Positions 60,070-64,000 of a DNA stretch of 64,000 bases are shown in pieces. The notes beneath the pieces were generated by a model. The model saw only the letters and a program-made list of their open reading frames with translations. It made no database searches and was not told the DNA's origin. The position numbers were made by a program, and so were the translations under genes. The stretch covers positions 64,001-128,000 of the forward strand of contig CAWAHW010000003.1 of NCBI GenBank assembly GCA_963781885.1. Direction: 5' to 3'. How positions within the stretch are numbered: position 1 is the first letter of the stretch; each line of letters opens with the position of its first letter. Origin of the DNA: an uncultured Spirochaetota bacterium (GTDB taxonomy: Bacteria; Spirochaetota; Spirochaetia; SZUA-6; Fen-1364).

Positions 60070-61175
60070 TAGCCGGGATTTTACGCAGAGGAATGCTTCC
60101 GTGTGGGGCTTTGAGAAGGCGCATATCGAGACCCCCGCTTTGCTCATTGACCTTGACAACCTTGAGGAAAATATCGCGCACCATGGCCGACTTCTGGAAG
60201 GGCAGAAAGGCCAGGCTGAGGCCCCATTTCAAGACGGCCAAATGCCCGACCATCTCGCATCGGGAGATGGAAGCCGGTGCCAAGGGAATCACGTGCGCCA
60301 AGGTGAGCGAGGCGGAAGTCCTGGCACAGGCGGGCATCACGGACATCCTGATTGCAAACCAGATTGTGGACCCCGCAAAAATCCGGCGCATGGCCGGACT
60401 TGCCAGAAACGGCGCGAGGATCACCATTGCGGTGGACAACCCTCACAATCTTGTCGCCCTATCGGAGGCAGCGTCCACGCTCGGAACGCTCCTTCATGTC
60501 CTCGTCGAAGTCAATGTCGGGATGGAACGCTGCGGCGTCAACACCGTTGACGAGGTTCTTGCGCTCGCGCAGCGTGCTTCCTCCCTGCCGGGGCTTACAT
60601 TCGAAGGATTGCAGGCATACGAGGGCCATCTCAGCATCCTCCCGGATAGGGAGGAGCGACGCCGGGGCGTTTCAGCGGTGATTGAAAAGGTGAGCGGGAT
60701 CAAGTCGTCTCTGGAGGAGCACGGCGTCGCCGTGGCGACAATCAGCGGCGGAGGAACAGGCACGTACGAGTTTACGGGTAACGACACGATCTGGACGGAG
60801 ATACAAGCCGGTTCTTATGCATTCATGGACGGTGTCTACTGCGCCGCGGGAGTGCAGTTCAAGACCGCGCTCACGGTGCTTGCAACGGTCATCCACAAAA
60901 GGCCTGGCGTCGCGGTCACGGACGCCGGCATGAAGACATGCTCCACGGACGGCGGCGAGCCGGCGATCCTCGGTCATCCCTCCCTGAAGGTTGAGCTCCA
61001 TGAGGAGCATGGCCTCGTGCAGGACCCGCACGATGAGCTCCAGTATATGCAGAAGATTCAATACCTCCCCGGTCATTGCTGCACGACCGTCAACCTGCAT
61101 GACAGATACCTCTGCGTACGGCAGGACAAGCTGGAGTGCATCTGGCCAATCCTCGGGAGGGGGAAAAGCCAATGA
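60062..61175 (+). CDS. DSD1/D-threonine-aldolase family PLP enzyme; frameshift near 60180
   Basis: IETPALLIDLDNLEENI, then RPHFKT.KC, RCGV, QAYEGH, GGGTGT, EIQAGSY.FMD, EEHG, HCCTTVN. Confidence 0.9.
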
Positions 61176-61211
61176 GGGGTCATGCCCCGGAGCATGGAAG
61201 GAGTGAATTGC

Positions 61212-61943
61212 ATGATCATCGACGTTCATGCGCATCTCGGCGTCGACTTTTCCTTCGACGAGGTGTACCGCGAAGAAGATCTCGTGCGGAAGATGAATGA
61301 TGGGTGCGACATCCAGATCGTTCAGCCGGGGACGACCCATACGCTAGGTGAGGCGGTACGGCAGCACGACGCCATCGCCACCCTGTGTGGAAAATACCCG
61401 GGCCGCTTTTTCGGCATGGCCAATCCCAGCCCGCATCTGCCCGGCGCGGAGTATGACGAAGAACTGACGCGGTGCGTGCGGGGATTGAACTTTGTCGGAG
61501 TCAAGCTGCATACGCTCGCCCATGCCGTGGGACCTGCCACAAAGGCGGGCAGGAAAGTATTCGATGCCGCGCGTCGGCTAAAGATTCCCGTCATGGTGCA
61601 TACGGGTACGGGAGCCTTCTCGGCGCCGATCAACCTTCTCGGCATCGCACGGGAGTTTGCCGACGTGAAAATCGTCATGGCGCATGGCGGGGAAATCGCG
61701 CTCGCAGATGAGGCGGCGGCCGTCCTGTCGGCGTGCCTCAATGTCTACGGAGATACATCCTGGGTGCCGGGCTTCCTGGTGAAAAACTGGACAAGGGCAT
61801 ACGGCAAAAGGATGATGTTCGCGTCAGACATGCCGGACAACTACGGCACGGAGCTCTGGAAGATGAAGACGTGCTTCCTCACGGATGAGGAGCAGGAGGG
61901 CATATTGTCGCGCACGGCCCTCGGTGTGTTCGATTTGCGCTGA
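61212..61943 (+). CDS. Amidohydrolase_2 family metallo-hydrolase
   Basis: IIDVHAH, GVKLH, VMVHTG, MAHGG, MFASD.P. Confidence 0.88.
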   Translation: MIIDVHAHLGVDFSFDEVYREEDLVRKMNDGCDIQIVQPGTTHTLGEAVRQHDAIATLCGKYPGRFFGMANPSPHLPGAEYDEELTRCVRGLNFVGVKLHTLAHAVGPATKAGRKVFDAARRLKIPVMVHTGTGAFSAPINLLGIAREFADVKIVMAHGGEIALADEAAAVLSACLNVYGDTSWVPGFLVKNWTRAYGKRMMFASDMPDNYGTELWKMKTCFLTDEEQEGILSRTALGVFDLR

Positions 61944-61978
61944 ATGACCGTACGGCTCTGAAAGGAAGGAGGCGCAGC

Positions 61979-63469
61979 ATCGAATACATACTTACCATTG
62001 ATGTGGGGACGACGTCCGTCAAGGCGGTCCTGTTCGACGCGGATCTCGGCATCGCCGCCCAGAGCGGCAGGGAATATGCCCTTCTTACGCCGCGTGCCGC
62101 GCACGTCGAGCTGCCGGGCCCGGTCTACTGGACCACCTGCCGGGATTGCATTCGCGAGGTCGTTTGCGCGAGCGGCGCGGGCCCTGACGACATCCGCATC
62201 CTCATCATCACGACGCAGGGAGAGACCTTTCTGACGCTTGACGAGAACGGCGCGGAGATCGGCAACGCAATCGTCTGGATCGATAGTCGGGCGGTCGAAG
62301 AGGCGGATCTTCTTAGCGCGGATTTCGGCAGGATGGTGTTCTTCAAGAACACGGGTCTGGGGGAAATCTCGCCGATCTGGCCGGCGTGCAAAATTCTTTG
62401 GCTGCGGCGCAACGAACCCGAGCGTTTCAAGAGGACCAGGAGGTTTCTGCTGTTGCAGGACTACATCCTGTACCGCCTTACGGGGGAATTCGTGTGCGAG
62501 GCGTCAAATGCCTCCTCCTCGGGCTTCACCAGCATCATGACGGGCGCCTGGTGGCCGCGCATGATGGACTATCTGGAGCTTCGCCCGGAGAACTTCGGTC
62601 GACCGGTTGCCAGCGGCACGGTCATCGGCAGGATCGCGCGCGACGCGGCCGGGTTTCTCGGCCTCAGCGGCAGCACGCTCGTGGCAGCGGGGGCGCAGGA
62701 TCAGGCCGCCTCGGCAATCGGTGGAGGCAACATCCGCCTCGGCGTGCTCACGGAAAATACGGGCACCGCGCTTGCCATGGTCCGCTCCATCGGCGCGCCT
62801 GTCTATGCGATCGACGCCAATATCAATTACGAACGTCACTGCGTCCCCGACCTGTTCATCGCCCTGGCCGTCAGTCAGACCTCCGGGATCGTGCTCAAAT
62901 GGTTCAAGGACACGTTCTGCGAGGGCGAGATCGCGGCGGCCGAGGGCAGGCAAGTCTACGGCATGCTGGACGCGATGGCGGCCGCGGTGCCGGCGGGCGC
63001 CGAAGGCCTCGTGATGTCACCCCATTTCAACGGGAAGCTGTTTCCAAAGATCGATTCATCGGCGCGCGGATCGTTCACCGGTCTGTCCTTCCATCATACG
63101 CGCGCCCATTTCATCAGGGCCATCATGGAGGCGGTGGCGTTCATGCTCAGGGAAAACAACGAGTTCCTGGAGAGCGTGTACGGTCCGATCGACTCCGTCA
63201 TCTCGCTCGGGGGTGGATCGAGGAGCATGCTGTGGGGCCAGATCAAGAGCAGCGTCCTCAAAAAGCCCGTCCATCTCCTGCAATGCGGCGAATCGACGTC
63301 CATCGGTTCGGCCATCCTCGCGTCCGTTGCATTGGGCGGCGTCAGAAACGTGCAGGAGGCCTGCGCGCGGTTCATTCGGATCAGAGAGAGCATCGACCCG
63401 GACCCGCGGCAGGAGGTGATCTACGACGAAGCCTATCGGGAGTTCCTCAGGCTGACAACCCCGCGGTAG
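61979..63469 (+). CDS. FGGY-family carbohydrate kinase (apparent ATC start)
   Basis: YILTIDVGTTSVKA, WIDSRA, KILWLR, GAQDQ, ARGSF.GL, RAIMEAVAF, GGGSRS. Confidence 0.92.
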   Translation: MEYILTIDVGTTSVKAVLFDADLGIAAQSGREYALLTPRAAHVELPGPVYWTTCRDCIREVVCASGAGPDDIRILIITTQGETFLTLDENGAEIGNAIVWIDSRAVEEADLLSADFGRMVFFKNTGLGEISPIWPACKILWLRRNEPERFKRTRRFLLLQDYILYRLTGEFVCEASNASSSGFTSIMTGAWWPRMMDYLELRPENFGRPVASGTVIGRIARDAAGFLGLSGSTLVAAGAQDQAASAIGGGNIRLGVLTENTGTALAMVRSIGAPVYAIDANINYERHCVPDLFIALAVSQTSGIVLKWFKDTFCEGEIAAAEGRQVYGMLDAMAAAVPAGAEGLVMSPHFNGKLFPKIDSSARGSFTGLSFHHTRAHFIRAIMEAVAFMLRENNEFLESVYGPIDSVISLGGGSRSMLWGQIKSSVLKKPVHLLQCGESTSIGSAILASVALGGVRNVQEACARFIRIRESIDPDPRQEVIYDEAYREFLRLTTPR

Positions 63470-63484
63470 AAAGGAGGACGCGTC

Positions 63485-64000
63485 ATGGCGCGGTTCTCGA
63501 TTCACAGCTCCAATTGGAGCGGGACATTCACGCGCCGCGACTTCTACATCCTCGAGAAGGCAGCGGCCATGGGCTACGACGGCGTGGAAATCTCCATGAT
63601 TGCGTCGGTCGTCGGGAGCCTGCCGGTGAAGACGACAATAAGAAGATTCAACGACCTCGGGCTGAAGGCGTCCTTTGACGCCGCGCTCGGCCCCGATGAG
63701 GACATATCTTCGGAGAATAGAACCCGCCAACAGAACGGCATCGACCACCTCAAGCGGAGTCTCGACATCGTTGCGGAATTCGGCGGCGATGAAATGGGAG
63801 GAATGACCTACGGCGTCTGGGGCGGTTTCAGCGGCGCTCCGCCTGCCGCCGCGGAGCTCGCGCGCTCGGCAGAATGCTTGAGGACGGCAGCCGACTATGC
63901 CCTGCCCCTTGGCATCGACATCGCCATTGAGCCGCTCTGCAGGTTTGAGGGGTATCTGATCCCCACGGCCGAGGCCGGCCTCGACTACCTCAAGATGGTC
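63485..64000 (+). CDS. Sugar phosphate isomerase/epimerase, D-psicose/tagatose 3-epimerase-like (runs off the window)
   Basis: Manual translation: MARFSIH...AAAMGYDGVEI...DISSEN..RQ.GIDHLK...IAIEPLCRFEGYLI; AGGAGG SD. Confidence 0.85.
   Translation, partial: MARFSIHSSNWSGTFTRRDFYILEKAAAMGYDGVEISMIASVVGSLPVKTTIRRFNDLGLKASFDAALGPDEDISSENRTRQQNGIDHLKRSLDIVAEFGGDEMGGMTYGVWGGFSGAPPAAAELARSAECLRTAADYALPLGIDIAIEPLCRFEGYLIPTAEAGLDYLKMV

Noticed and set aside
1-64000. rRNA, tRNA, prophage, integrase or defence genes
   Set aside because: None recognisable by eye; covariance-model searches were not run.

Overview
High-GC (roughly two-thirds GC by eye) bacterial chromosomal window, probably from an anaerobe and possibly a spirochaete (inference only). 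It contains signalling genes (large GGDEF protein, SAM-methyltransferase plus hybrid kinase), hflX, an IS110/IS1111-type element with a readable bridge/seek RNA sitting in the terminal repeat of a small MITE, a KamA/ATP-grasp/GNAT cluster, an SplB-like radical SAM gene, a MoxR-DUF58-VWA operon, araA, radA, nadE, a QueD-like/GT4/methyltransferase/dehydrogenase cluster, a corrinoid activator (ASKHA), a GH3 gene, and a lower-GC sugar uptake/catabolism locus (51.4 kb to the end). About a dozen genes carry single-base frameshifts, most likely sequencing indels. The most striking unannotated signal is at 15353-15611 (minus strand). A near-consensus promoter leads into a leaderless MNHIHH mini-ORF, then a structured leader that hides the SD and start codon of a 50-aa SGHCWWHS-repeat peptide, which ends 3 nt before the radical SAM gene. 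Many genes here appear to be leaderless. All protein calls come from motif recognition by eye; no database searches were run.
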